A program made the position numbers and the translations under genes. The notes beneath the pieces were generated by a model. That model was not told the origin of the DNA, ran no database searches, and was given only the letters and a program-made list of their open reading frames with translations. DNA of 64,000 bases from Acidobacteriota bacterium (GTDB taxonomy: Bacteria; Acidobacteriota; Polarisedimenticolia; Polarisedimenticolales; JAIQFR01), in the NCBI GenBank assembly GCA_041494445.1, contig JBGQAU010000004.1:278-64277 (forward strand), in the 5' to 3' direction. Shown piece after piece: positions 44,907-55,036 of the stretch. Within the stretch, counting starts at the first letter, position 1. Every line of letters begins with the position of its first letter.

Positions 44907-45143
44907 CGCGGTGCGCCCGGGAGGATCCGCGCCCGAAACGCGCCGACGCGGGGACGGGCGCGCGCGAGCTGACGCCGCCTCGCCGGCGTGCGGCCCCGGG
45001 CCTTCCGAGCCGCGGAATCACTTTACCCAGTACCCCCGTTAGGCGCGACCTGCCGAACGTCATCGCGGTGGCCGCGTCCGATCGAGTAGGCCTTCAGGCC
45101 GATTGCCGATCTTGGTACCGATCGGAGCACCGGGAGCGGGTCC

Positions 45144-47267
45144 CTAACGACCGGTCCCTACCGGCGCCCGGCGACGCGCCTCCGCGAGCGCCCGGCTCGC
45201 GCTCTGGTTGCCGGGCTCGATCCTGAGGACCTCCTCGAAGTGCGCGATCGCGTCGGCGAGCTTGCCCTGCCTCGCCAGGAGCAGGCCGAGATTGAAGTGG
45301 GCGGTCGTGTCGCGGGGGTCGAGGCGCAGCACCTGGGCGAAGTGGCGCGCCGCCTGCTCGGTGTCGCCCTGCATCGCGAGCACGATTGCCAGGTTGTTGT
45401 GCGCCGCCGACAGGTCGGGCGCGATCTCGATCGCCTTCGAGATCTCCTCGACGGCCTCGGCGGCGCGCCCCTGGCGGCCCAGCACCGAGCCCAGGTTGTT
45501 GCGGGCCTCGGCGAATCCGGGATCGATCCGGATCGCCTCGCGGTACGCCGCCGCGGCTTCGTCGAGCCGTCCCCCATCGCGCAGCTCGTTGGCGCGCTCG
45601 AAGCTTGCCCGGGCCTCGGGCGCCACCTTTGCGGGGACGCTCGGCCGCGCGGCCTGCCGCCGTTGGACCTCGAGAGCGGCCCGGATCAGGCCGCCGATGG
45701 CGGGCTCGTCCGGCTCCAGGCGCTCCGCCTCGCGGAAGGCCACGATCGCACCGTCGACATCGCCCGTCTTGCCGAGAGCGTTCCCGAGGTTCAGCCAGGC
45801 CTCGACGTGCGATGGGTTCACCTTCAGCGCCTCCCGGTAGAGAACGATCGCCTCGCCGATCCGGCCCTTCCCCTGAAGGGCGACGCCGAGGTTCGAGAGC
45901 GCCGGCGCGTGGTCGGGGCGGATCCGCCGCGCCTCCTCGAGGTGCGTGATGGCCTCGTCGAGCCGGCCTTCCCGCGTGAGCGCTCCTCCCAGATTGTTCT
46001 GCACGATGTAGTTGTCGGCCGTGACCGCGAGCGTGTGCTCGAAGAGGGTCACGCTGTCGCGCCAGTAGCCGACCTGGCGCCACGTCAGGATCGAGGCGCC
46101 CAACACGGCCAGCGCGGCCGCCGAGCCGAGAGCCGGGCGCCCGTACCGCCACGCCCCGAGCAGGTCCGGCGCGCCCCACGCCAGCATCACGAACACGCCG
46201 ACCAGGGGGACGTAGGTGTAACGGTCCGCGGACGACTGCATGCCCACCTGCACGACGCCGATCACGGGAACGAGCGTGCCGACGTACCAGAGCCAGCCGG
46301 TGAAGAGATACGGGGCTCGTCGCGCGACCGCCAGGACGGCCGCGGTGATCGCCGCCAGTACCGCGCAGGCCCCCGCGACCTTCCAGGCCGGCAGCGAGGC
46401 GGACAGCGGATAGAGCACCCCGAGGCCGGCCGGCCAGAACGTCCTGGCGAGATACGTCACGTACGCGACCACGGCGTTCGTTAGCCTCGCCCAGAACGGC
46501 AGCACGTCGAGCGCGGTCACCGCGCCTCCGCGCTGCTGGACGACGAAGGTCACGGCGGACGACACGGCGGCGAGAGCGAAGAGCGGCAGCTTCTCCGAAA
46601 CGAGCCTGAACGGCGGGATCCATCGCGTCCCGCCGCCCCAGCGCCGGAGCGGCCAGAAATCCAGCAAGAGGAGAACGAACGGCAACGTGACGAGCATCGG
46701 CTTGGCCATCAGCCCGAGAGCGAAGAGCACCGGGACGAGCACGCGGGTCGCCGTCGTGGGTCGCGCGACGTGTCGCGCGTAGGCGAGGAGGGTCAGCATC
46801 CAGAAGAGCGTGCTCAGCACGTCCTTGCGCTCGGCCGCCCACGCCACCGACTCGACGTGGAGCGGGTGCAGGGCGAACAGCGCGGCGACCATCGCGCTTC
46901 GCCACAAAGCACCGGTCATGAGGTGGAGCGCGAGCAGCAGTAGCACGGCGTTGAGGGCGTGCAGCCCCACCGAGACGAGATGATGGCCTGAGGGAGCGAG
47001 CCCGAAGACCTCGCAGTCGAGCGCGTGCGAGAGCCAGGTCAGGGGATGCCAGTTGCTCTGGGCACCGGTGCGGAAGGCCCAAGCCACCGTCTCGAACGTC
47101 AGGCCGGAGCGGACGTGCGGGTTGTCCGTGACGTAGGCGGGGTCGTCGTAGTCGACGAACCCGTTGCCGGCTACCGGGCGGTAGGCCGCGCCCACGAGGA
47201 CGACGAGCGCGAGAGAGAGCAGGACGAGCCGTGAGACCGGAGCGGGAGAACCGTGCTCGTGAGCCAT
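45144..47267 (-). CDS. Membrane protein with TMTC/PMT-like N-terminal domain and C-terminal TPR repeats
   Basis: The N-terminus has multiple TM helices (…NWHPLTWLSHALD…LHPLHVESVAWAAERKD…). Several TPR units follow (AIxxxxEALRxxP patterns). Confidence 0.55.
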   Translation of the reverse strand: MAHEHGSPAPVSRLVLLSLALVVLVGAAYRPVAGNGFVDYDDPAYVTDNPHVRSGLTFETVAWAFRTGAQSNWHPLTWLSHALDCEVFGLAPSGHHLVSVGLHALNAVLLLLALHLMTGALWRSAMVAALFALHPLHVESVAWAAERKDVLSTLFWMLTLLAYARHVARPTTATRVLVPVLFALGLMAKPMLVTLPFVLLLLDFWPLRRWGGGTRWIPPFRLVSEKLPLFALAAVSSAVTFVVQQRGGAVTALDVLPFWARLTNAVVAYVTYLARTFWPAGLGVLYPLSASLPAWKVAGACAVLAAITAAVLAVARRAPYLFTGWLWYVGTLVPVIGVVQVGMQSSADRYTYVPLVGVFVMLAWGAPDLLGAWRYGRPALGSAAALAVLGASILTWRQVGYWRDSVTLFEHTLAVTADNYIVQNNLGGALTREGRLDEAITHLEEARRIRPDHAPALSNLGVALQGKGRIGEAIVLYREALKVNPSHVEAWLNLGNALGKTGDVDGAIVAFREAERLEPDEPAIGGLIRAALEVQRRQAARPSVPAKVAPEARASFERANELRDGGRLDEAAAAYREAIRIDPGFAEARNNLGSVLGRQGRAAEAVEEISKAIEIAPDLSAAHNNLAIVLAMQGDTEQAARHFAQVLRLDPRDTTAHFNLGLLLARQGKLADAIAHFEEVLRIEPGNQSASRALAEARRRAPVGTGR

Positions 47268-47399
47268 TCAGGATCCACTCTCTGAGAAACCCGACGCCGC
47301 GCGATCGGTTCGGGCCGGACCCCTCGGGAGCGCCGGCCGCACGCGGAAGCCTGCAAGTCTACACCCCGCGACGGTGCGTGCGCCGGAAGGTCCGCGGCG

Positions 47400-48494
47400 T
47401 CAGCGCCGGTCCTCGCGACGCTCGCTCGCGCCCGGGTCCACGGCCCAGCCCTCGCTCGAGCGCCGGAATGCCGCCAGCTTCGCGGGATTCCGCTCGCGCC
47501 ACTCCAGCCCCTCGGGGTCGCCCGCGGCCCGCCTTATGTCGTAGGCGAGCGCCTCCATGTGCCCGCCGGCGCGCATCGCGTCGAAGTAGGCGAGGACGAA
47601 GGGTCCCCAGAACGGGACGTCCACCTCCCGCGCGTGGAGCGACGAAACGAGCTTCAGCATGGTGTCGAGGGCATAGACGAAGAACGTGGCCTCGCTCTTC
47701 TCCTTCCACGGCCCGCTTCGGCGCAGGATCGCGATCATCGACATCCCGGCGACCTCCGCCGCGCTCGGCGACGACCGTGCCGTCTCGGTCGGCACGCGCG
47801 CGCGGATCACCTGGCGGGGGCCGCCGTCCCTCGACGCCGCCGGAGCGTCCAGGTTCTCGAAGAACATCGCCCACATCCTCTTCGCGATCTGCTCCGAAGG
47901 CGTATCCCTCTCGAGCGTCAGCGAGCGCGCGTAGGCCGCGAAGGCTCTCCCCTTCGCACCGGAGTCGTAAAGGGTGTCGCCGAAGGCGCGCCAGATCTCG
48001 GCGCGGTAAGGGGAGTCCCGGAGACAGCTTTCGAACGCCTCGATCGCCGGCTCGGACCTTCCCTGCGCGGAGAGGCTCAACGCGAGGTGGAAGCGAAGCG
48101 TCGGGTCCGTGGGCCGGACCGCGAGTCCCCTGCGAAACACGCTCTCGGCGAGCGCCCAGTGTCCGAGCATGGCATGGGACGAGCCGAGCAGCACCCACGC
48201 CCCCTGCGGAGCGGTGTCGGGGGTCGCGACGATTCGATCGAGCATCTCTATCGCCGAGAGGTGCTCGCCCTTCGAGAACGTCGAGAAGGCCATCTCGTAA
48301 CGGGCGTCCGCGTTCGACGGGTCCGCGTCGAGAACGCGTCGGAAGATGCGGATCGCGTCGTCGTACTCCCCCGCCTCGTGCGATTGGACGCCCGCGAGGA
48401 GAAGCTCGCCGGCGTCGGGAGGCACAGGCGATGCGGCGCGGGCGGGCGACACGATGAGGACTGCGGCGGCGAGAAGTGTCGGGGCGAGACGCAT
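47400..48494 (-). CDS. Secreted TPR-repeat protein
   Basis: The start MRLAPTLLAAAVLIVSPARA at 48494 gives a signal peptide. The N-terminal half contains TPR-like repeats. Confidence 0.5.
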   Translation of the reverse strand: MRLAPTLLAAAVLIVSPARAASPVPPDAGELLLAGVQSHEAGEYDDAIRIFRRVLDADPSNADARYEMAFSTFSKGEHLSAIEMLDRIVATPDTAPQGAWVLLGSSHAMLGHWALAESVFRRGLAVRPTDPTLRFHLALSLSAQGRSEPAIEAFESCLRDSPYRAEIWRAFGDTLYDSGAKGRAFAAYARSLTLERDTPSEQIAKRMWAMFFENLDAPAASRDGGPRQVIRARVPTETARSSPSAAEVAGMSMIAILRRSGPWKEKSEATFFVYALDTMLKLVSSLHAREVDVPFWGPFVLAYFDAMRAGGHMEALAYDIRRAAGDPEGLEWRERNPAKLAAFRRSSEGWAVDPGASERREDRR

Positions 48495-48747
48495 GGGTTC
48501 GGTTCCTCCGTCCTCAATGTGTGTCGCGGGTGGTGGAAAATCGAGCCGCGGTCGAAGGATTCCCACGAGTCGGAGGGCCGTCCGGCAGGCGTTTGTTACG
48601 CGGGCGGGCCCCGATCGGGTAAGAAGGTTAGGGGCGATCCCTGCCGTCGTGGCCCCTCCGCGGTATATTCCCTTCCCGGCGAACGGTCGAGAGAGCGAGG
48701 CGCGCCGGCGCCGGCTCCCGGACCTCGCCCCGAGGGAAAGGAGTCGC

Positions 48748-51700
48748 ATGCGCTCGCTCCCCGATCGCTTCCGGCTGAGGTCGGCCGTCCTCCTCCTGGC
48801 CGCCCTCGCGGCCGCGTCGTTCACGAGCGGGGTCGCCGCCAAGCGGCCGACGCGGCTGGACGCCTTCGCCGCGAGCCCCGCGATGCGCGCGCTCGCGCCG
48901 GAAACGGCATCGCCGGCCTTCGTGAGCGCCGGGAGCTTGGTCCAGGCCGAGCCGCGGCTCGGCGTCCCCACGTTCGTCTGGGCGGCGCGTCGGCCGGTCC
49001 CCTCCGGCGTCCGCGGCCCCGAGGATGCCGCGCGGCGCTATCTCGCGGATCTCGCGGGACTCTATCGCCTCGACGCGGCGGACACCGACGCGGCCTCGGT
49101 GCGCCTCGTCCATGACACGGGACGGGGCGTCGTCGTCGTGAAGTTCCGGGAAGTGGTCGAGGGGATCGAGGTCTTCCGCGAGGAGCTGAGCATCGCGATG
49201 AAGAGGGACCTGTCGCTGGTCTCACTGTCGGGCTATCTGAGCGGCGCTCCCGCGCGGGCCGGGAAGGATCTCGCCGGCGCGTACCGGCTGGGGCCGCGGG
49301 AGGCGATCGCGGCGGCCTACCTGGAAATGGAAGGGGAGAGCCTGACCGCGGCGGAGCTTCGCGGCCGCGGGGAGCGACGGGGATCCTACGAGCACTTCGA
49401 CCTCAACACCCTGTCGAAATCCGGAGCCTCGCTGACCGGCGGGGCGCGGGCCAAGAGGGTACTGTTCCACCTGCCCGACCGTTTCGTGCCCTCCTACTAC
49501 GTCGAGCTCGACGTGCGCCCGGACGCGAGCACCGGCGGGGAGATGAACTCCTTCGTGGTGTCGGGACTCGACGGCACGATCCTCTTCCGGAACGACCTCA
49601 CCGCCTCCGATTCGTTTACCTACCGTGTCTGGGCGGAGACCGGGAGCCCGTACCGGCCGTTCGACGGGCCGCAGGGGAACTCCGCGAGCCCGCACCCGAC
49701 GGGGGCGCCGAACGGGTTCCAGCCGGCTTTCGTGGCCCCGAGCCTCGTCGCCCTCCAGAACGGGCCGATCAGCACGAACGACCCGTGGCTGCCGACCGGG
49801 AGCACGACCACCGTCGGGAACAACGTCGACGCCTACGCGGACCTCGTATCCCCGGACGGCTTCGGGAGCGGGGACTACCGGGCCTCGACGACGTCCTCCG
49901 GCGTCTTCGACCGGATCTACGACACGACCCGTCCGCCGAACGACAGCCAGAGCCAGATCATGGCGGCGACGACCCAGCTCTTCTACGACGTCAACTTCTT
50001 CCACGACTGGTACTACGACCCGGGATTCGACGAGGCGTCGGGGAACGCCCAGGAGAGCAACTACGGCAGGGGCGGGCTGGAGCACGACAGGATCCACGCC
50101 GAGGCGCAGGACTACGGCGGGACCAACAACGCCAACATGTCGACACCGGCGGACGGCGGGAACCCCCGCATGCAGATGTACGTCTGGACGCCGAACACCG
50201 CAGCCTACGTCGTCGCCACGCCACCAGGCTCGACCTACGCGAGCGGGACGGCGGCTTTCGGACCGCAGTCGTTCGACGCGACGGGATCGGTCGTCCTGGT
50301 CAACGACGGGACGTCCCCGGTCACGGACGCGTGCCAGGCGATCACGAACAACGTCGCCGGGAAGATCGCCCTCATCGATCGCGGCACCTGCACGTTCAAG
50401 CAGAAGGCGGTCTACGCGCAGAACGCCGGCGCCATCGGGGTCATCCTCGCGAACAACACGACGGGCGCAGCACCGGCCATGGGCGACGGGAGCCCGGCGG
50501 GGACCATCTCGATCCCCGTGCTCTCGGTCACGCAGACGGACGGCAACTCCATCAAGACGGCCTTGGGAGGCGGCGCCGTAACCGCGCGCCTCTACCGCGA
50601 GGCCGCGCCGAACCGGGACGGCACCATCGACAACACGATCGTCGCGCACGAGTGGGGGCACTACATCAGCAACCGGCTCGTCGGCGACGCGAACGGACTC
50701 GGGAACAACCAGGGAGGAGGGATGGGAGAGGGCTGGGGGGACTTCCACGCCCTTCTCCTGGTCGTGAGGCCGGAGGATACGGCCGTTCCCTCGAACACCT
50801 CGTTCAACGGGGTCTACGGCATCACCGGCTACGTCGCCGGAGGCAGCGCGCCGCTGGGCGGCGGGAACAACGGCTACTTCTTCGGGATCCGCCGCTACCC
50901 GTACTCCACCGATTTCACCAAGAATCCGCTCACCTTCCGGCACATCTCCGACGGGGTCCCGCTGCCCGCCGGGGTGCCGACGTCCGGATTCGGGTCGTCG
51001 TACAACTCGGAGGTCCACAACACGGGGGAGGTCTGGGCGAGCATGCTGTGGGAATGCTACGCCTCGATCCTCCGCGACACGCTCGGGGCCACGCCCAGGC
51101 TCACCTTCGACCAGGCCCAGCAGCGGATGCGTGACTACCTCGTGGCCGGCTACAAGCTCACCCCGGCGGACCCGACCTTCGTCGAGGCCCGCGACGCGCT
51201 CCTGGCCGCGATCGTGGCCAACGACGCCGCGGACTACGCGCTGTGCTCGGCGGCGTTCGCGCGCCGCGGAATGGGCCTTCGCGCGGTCGCGCCGGACCGC
51301 TACTCGACGGACAACACGGGGGTCGTCGAGAGCTATGCCTCGGGCAACGATCTCGCCTTGGTCTCCGCGACGCTCGACGACGCGGTGAGCTCGTGCGATT
51401 CGGACGGCGTGCTGGACGACGCCGAGACCGGGAACCTGACGATCACGCTCAGGAACGTGGGGACCGGTGCCCTGGCGGCGACTTCCGCGACCGTCTCCTC
51501 GAGCAACCCCGGGGTTTCGCTCCCCGCGGGCGCGAGCGTCGACTTCCCGCCCTCCCAGCCCATGCAGACCACGACCGCGTCGATCCCGGTCCGCCTCGGC
51601 CTTGTCGCGGGCATCCAGGAGATCGACTTCGACATCGCGTACCGCGATCCCGCCTTCGCGATTCCCGGGGACGTCGTCGCGACCCGATCGTACCGGGGCA

Positions 51701-52680
51701 ACACGGACGAGCTGCCGGCGTATTCGAAGGCCGACGCCGTCGAGTGCGTCTCGACACCGTGGACGCCGGGCGGCTCCCCGGCTTTCGATGCCGGGTCCGG
51801 ATGGAGGCGGGTGGAAGTGACCGCGCTCGACCACCGCTGGCTCGGGCCGGACCCGGGCAGCGGCCCCACGGACCAGTTCCTGGTCTCCCCGACATTGCAG
51901 GTGAGCGCGACCGGCAGCTTCGGGTTCACGTTCCGCCACCGTTACTCCTTCGAGTACGACGCCACGCCGACCTACTACGACGGCGGGGTGATCGAGATCA
52001 GCACCAACGGCGGGGCCGGCTGGACGGACATCGGGGCCTCGGCGACCCCGGGCTACAACGGGACGCTGAGCACGTGCTGCTCGAACCCGCTCGGGGGGCG
52101 CACGGCCTACGTCCGGACGAACGCGAGCTACCCGTCGCTCGACACGGTGTCCGTGAATCTCGGAACCGGCTACCACGGGGCCGCGGTCCTGGTGCGGTTC
52201 CGGGTGGCGGCGGACGAGGCCGGCGGCGGCGCGGGCTGGGAGATCGACGACGTCACCTTCTCGGGGATCGACAACTCGCCCTTCCCGGTTCTCATCGTGG
52301 ACCAGGGCCTCTGCCTGGAGCCGGGCGGCGTTCCCGAGACCGGCGCGGAAGGGACCCCGCTCAGGCTGCAAAAGAACGCCGGGAACCCGGCGTTGCTCGA
52401 TCTCTCGTGGGGTGCCTCCTGCGGCAGCGACGTCGGCGCGTATGCCGTGTACGAGGGGGCCCTTGGGGCGTTCTACGACGAGATCCCGCTGAGCTGCAGC
52501 GTTGCCGGCACCGCGCTCACCGGGCAGGCGCCCGGCGCCGGGTCGCGCTACTACCTGGTCGCGCCGCTGTCGTCCCTGAAGAGCGACAAGGAAGGGAGCC
52601 ACGGCTCGAGCACGAGCGGCGAGCGGCCGCTCGGCCCTTCCGCTTGTCGGACAGTCCTGGACACGCAAGCCTGCCAATGA
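48748..52680 (+). CDS. M36 (fungalysin-like) metallopeptidase with PA domain and large C-terminal extension
   Basis: HEWGHYISNRL carries HExxH. A PA-domain-like insert is present (GKIALIDRGTCTFKQKAVYAQNAGAIGVILANN). It has a signal peptide, and the RBS GGAAAGGAG precedes the ATG at 48748. Confidence 0.7.
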   Translation: MRSLPDRFRLRSAVLLLAALAAASFTSGVAAKRPTRLDAFAASPAMRALAPETASPAFVSAGSLVQAEPRLGVPTFVWAARRPVPSGVRGPEDAARRYLADLAGLYRLDAADTDAASVRLVHDTGRGVVVVKFREVVEGIEVFREELSIAMKRDLSLVSLSGYLSGAPARAGKDLAGAYRLGPREAIAAAYLEMEGESLTAAELRGRGERRGSYEHFDLNTLSKSGASLTGGARAKRVLFHLPDRFVPSYYVELDVRPDASTGGEMNSFVVSGLDGTILFRNDLTASDSFTYRVWAETGSPYRPFDGPQGNSASPHPTGAPNGFQPAFVAPSLVALQNGPISTNDPWLPTGSTTTVGNNVDAYADLVSPDGFGSGDYRASTTSSGVFDRIYDTTRPPNDSQSQIMAATTQLFYDVNFFHDWYYDPGFDEASGNAQESNYGRGGLEHDRIHAEAQDYGGTNNANMSTPADGGNPRMQMYVWTPNTAAYVVATPPGSTYASGTAAFGPQSFDATGSVVLVNDGTSPVTDACQAITNNVAGKIALIDRGTCTFKQKAVYAQNAGAIGVILANNTTGAAPAMGDGSPAGTISIPVLSVTQTDGNSIKTALGGGAVTARLYREAAPNRDGTIDNTIVAHEWGHYISNRLVGDANGLGNNQGGGMGEGWGDFHALLLVVRPEDTAVPSNTSFNGVYGITGYVAGGSAPLGGGNNGYFFGIRRYPYSTDFTKNPLTFRHISDGVPLPAGVPTSGFGSSYNSEVHNTGEVWASMLWECYASILRDTLGATPRLTFDQAQQRMRDYLVAGYKLTPADPTFVEARDALLAAIVANDAADYALCSAAFARRGMGLRAVAPDRYSTDNTGVVESYASGNDLALVSATLDDAVSSCDSDGVLDDAETGNLTITLRNVGTGALAATSATVSSSNPGVSLPAGASVDFPPSQPMQTTTASIPVRLGLVAGIQEIDFDIAYRDPAFAIPGDVVATRSYRGNTDELPAYSKADAVECVSTPWTPGGSPAFDAGSGWRRVEVTALDHRWLGPDPGSGPTDQFLVSPTLQVSATGSFGFTFRHRYSFEYDATPTYYDGGVIEISTNGGAGWTDIGASATPGYNGTLSTCCSNPLGGRTAYVRTNASYPSLDTVSVNLGTGYHGAAVLVRFRVAADEAGGGAGWEIDDVTFSGIDNSPFPVLIVDQGLCLEPGGVPETGAEGTPLRLQKNAGNPALLDLSWGASCGSDVGAYAVYEGALGAFYDEIPLSCSVAGTALTGQAPGAGSRYYLVAPLSSLKSDKEGSHGSSTSGERPLGPSACRTVLDTQACQ

Positions 52681-52728
52681 GGCGGGCGGTCGCCCGAGGA
52701 TCGCGATTCCGTCGGACTCTCGGTTAGC

Positions 52729-53958
52729 ATGGAGCGGGAGGACTCCATGTCGACGAGCCGCCGCCCGATCCCCCCGACGCCGGCGGAGCGGATCCTCCGC
52801 CCGTTCCGGGAGTTCCTGAGGGTCGAAGCCTCGGCCGGGATCCTCCTCCTCCTCTGCACCGGCGTCGCGCTGGCGTGGGCCAACTCGCGCGCAGGATCCC
52901 TCTACTTCGAGGCGGCCCGCGCCACGGTCACCGTCGGCGTCGGCCCGTTCGTCCTCTCGAAGCCGCTCCTGGTCTGGATCAACGACGCGCTCATGGCGGT
53001 CTTCTTCCTCGTCGTTGGGCTCGAGATCAAGCGCGAGATCCTCGTCGGGGAGCTCTCGTCTCCCAAGAAAGCCGCGCTTCCGCTCCTCGCCGCGGCCGGC
53101 GGCATGATCGTTCCCGCCGCGATCTACCTCTCGCTGAACGCAGGGACCGACAGGGCCGCGGGGTGGGGGATCCCGGTGGCGACCGACATCGCGTTCGCGA
53201 TCGGCGTGCTCACCCTCGTCGGGAAGCGCGTGCCCCTGGGGCTCAAGGTCTTTCTCACGGCGCTCGCGATCGCGGACGACCTCGGCGCCGTGCTGGTGAT
53301 CGCGATCTTCTACGGCGGGAGGCTCGACGGGGCCGCGCTCCTGGCCGTCGCCGCGTTCATGGCCCTGCTGATCGTGGCGAACTGGGCGGGCGTGCGCGAG
53401 CCGCTGTTCTACTGCCTGCTCGGCGTCGGCCTGTGGCTCGCGGTCTTCCGGTCGGGGGTGCACCCCACGGTGGCCGGGGTCCTGCTAGCCGCGGCCATTC
53501 CCTCCCGCTCGCGGATCGACGTCGAGGAAGCCGCGCCCCCACTAGAGAGGATCGAGCACGCGCTTCACCCGTGGGTCATGTACCTCATCATGCCGGTGTT
53601 CGCCTTCTTCAACTCCGCCGTGGTCTTCGAAGGCAACCCCTGGAAAGCGCTGTCGCATCCCGCGACCCTCGGGGTGGTGCTCGCCCTCGTGGTCGGAAAG
53701 CCCGTGGGCATCACCCTTTCGTCCTGGCTCGCGGTTCGCTTCAAGCTCGCGGCGCTGCCCGAGGGTGTCGGCTGGAGGCAGATCGCCGGCGTGGCTTGTA
53801 TCGGAGGGATCGGATTCACGATGTCCCTCTTCATCGCCGGCCTCGCGTTCGACGGCGCCCTGCTCGCGTCGGCGAAGACCGGGATCCTGTTCGCCTCGAC
53901 GGCGGCGGGCGGAGTGGGCTGGCTGGTCCTGCGCGGAGCGACGGCCCGCGGTGAGTGA
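52729..53958 (+). CDS. nhaA: Na+/H+ antiporter NhaA
   Basis: It is a protein of about 400 aa with 12 TM helices. The N-terminus FLRVEASAGILLLLCTGVALAWANS and the DDLGAV motif support the call. Confidence 0.85.
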   Translation: MEREDSMSTSRRPIPPTPAERILRPFREFLRVEASAGILLLLCTGVALAWANSRAGSLYFEAARATVTVGVGPFVLSKPLLVWINDALMAVFFLVVGLEIKREILVGELSSPKKAALPLLAAAGGMIVPAAIYLSLNAGTDRAAGWGIPVATDIAFAIGVLTLVGKRVPLGLKVFLTALAIADDLGAVLVIAIFYGGRLDGAALLAVAAFMALLIVANWAGVREPLFYCLLGVGLWLAVFRSGVHPTVAGVLLAAAIPSRSRIDVEEAAPPLERIEHALHPWVMYLIMPVFAFFNSAVVFEGNPWKALSHPATLGVVLALVVGKPVGITLSSWLAVRFKLAALPEGVGWRQIAGVACIGGIGFTMSLFIAGLAFDGALLASAKTGILFASTAAGGVGWLVLRGATARGE

Positions 53959-54007
53959 CGGGGACGCGTGATGCACCGGTTTCCGGAGCGCTGGGCGCGG
54001 GCTCCGT

Positions 54008-55036
54008 CTAGGATTCCGGGCCGCCCGCCAGGGCCAACCGCGTGATCCGCTCGATCAGGTCCTCGTAAGGGATTCCCGCCTTCCCCGCCGCCTCGGCGAA
54101 GTCCTCTCCCGAGCCGATGTCGGGGTTCGGATTCGCCTCGACGATGGAGAGCTGCCCATCGGACGCCAGGCGCAGGTCGATCCGGCCGTAGCCCCGCATC
54201 TGCAGCACGCGGAACGTCCTCTTCGCCAGGCGCGCGACCGTCTGGAGCGTGCCGGGGGGAAGATCCTCCGCCATCGTGTTGGAGATTCCCCATCGCTCGC
54301 GGTAACCCGGGTCCCACTTCGCCTTGAAGCTGGCGAACCGCGGCTCGCCCTCGGGGACCTTCGAGAACGTCAGCTCGCGGAGCGGGAGAATCCTGAGCCG
54401 CGCGTCGCCGAGAATTCCGGCGTACAGCTCGCGTCCCTCCACGTAGTGTTCCACGATGACGTCCGTCTTCAGACGCTCGTGGAGGAAGTTCACCCGGCGG
54501 AGGGCCTGCTCCTCGGTCTCGGCGAACGAGTCGCGCGCGATCCCCACGGAGCCTTCCTCGGCCAGCGGCTTCACGAGAACGGGCAGGAGGAACTTCCGCA
54601 GCGTCCGCAGCGGCTGGGCGCGCCGGGAGACGACGAACGGGGGCACGGGGACCCGATGGTGCCGCAAGATCTTCTTCGACAGCGCCTTGTCCCTGCAGAT
54701 CATCAGGCCGGGCTGCCCGCAGCCCGTGTACGGGACGGCGAGCAGCTCGAGGACGCCGGCGACATTGCTCTCGAACCGGCGCTGCCCGCGGAAGGCCTCC
54801 ACGAGGTTCCAGACGAGGTCCGGATTCACGCGGTCGACGTGCGCGAGGATCTCGCGGGGATGCTCGTGGATCGGTCCGAGGAGCACCTCGTGGCCGTTGG
54901 AGCGGAGGGCTTTCAGGACGTGCCCCTCCGTGATCCAGTCCTCGCGGGTCCTCATGAGCTCCTCGTACTCTTCGTCGGCCAGGGGAGACTCGTTGACCTC
55001 GAAGAGAGCGAGGACCCTGAGACGCTTCCTGGCCAT
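54008..55036 (-). CDS. ATP-grasp enzyme (D-Ala-D-Ala ligase family)
   Basis: It shows the ATP-grasp fold pattern (PVLVKPLAEEGSVGI...VEHYVEGRELY...RIDLRLASDGQLSIVEANPNP). Its start overlaps the upstream gene's stop (ATGA). Confidence 0.75.
   Translation of the reverse strand: MARKRLRVLALFEVNESPLADEEYEELMRTREDWITEGHVLKALRSNGHEVLLGPIHEHPREILAHVDRVNPDLVWNLVEAFRGQRRFESNVAGVLELLAVPYTGCGQPGLMICRDKALSKKILRHHRVPVPPFVVSRRAQPLRTLRKFLLPVLVKPLAEEGSVGIARDSFAETEEQALRRVNFLHERLKTDVIVEHYVEGRELYAGILGDARLRILPLRELTFSKVPEGEPRFASFKAKWDPGYRERWGISNTMAEDLPPGTLQTVARLAKRTFRVLQMRGYGRIDLRLASDGQLSIVEANPNPDIGSGEDFAEAAGKAGIPYEDLIERITRLALAGGPES

Noticed and set aside
49222-53463. Very long alternative-frame or antisense ORFs. 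Examples are 49222..53463 (-, 1413 aa), 40333..43200 (-), 40791..43133 (+), 56313..58790 (+), 56341..58884 (-), 45094..47082 (-), 59310..61040 (+), 59578..61233 (-), 62655..63998 (-), 3190..5601 (-), 4254..5831 (+), 5645..7534 (+), 10631..12115 (+) and 35111..36169 (-).
   Set aside because: Their translations are Arg/Pro/Gly/Ala-rich low-complexity strings with no motifs. Each overlaps a frame that carries clear family signatures. This is the usual stop-codon-poor shadow-ORF effect of high-GC DNA.
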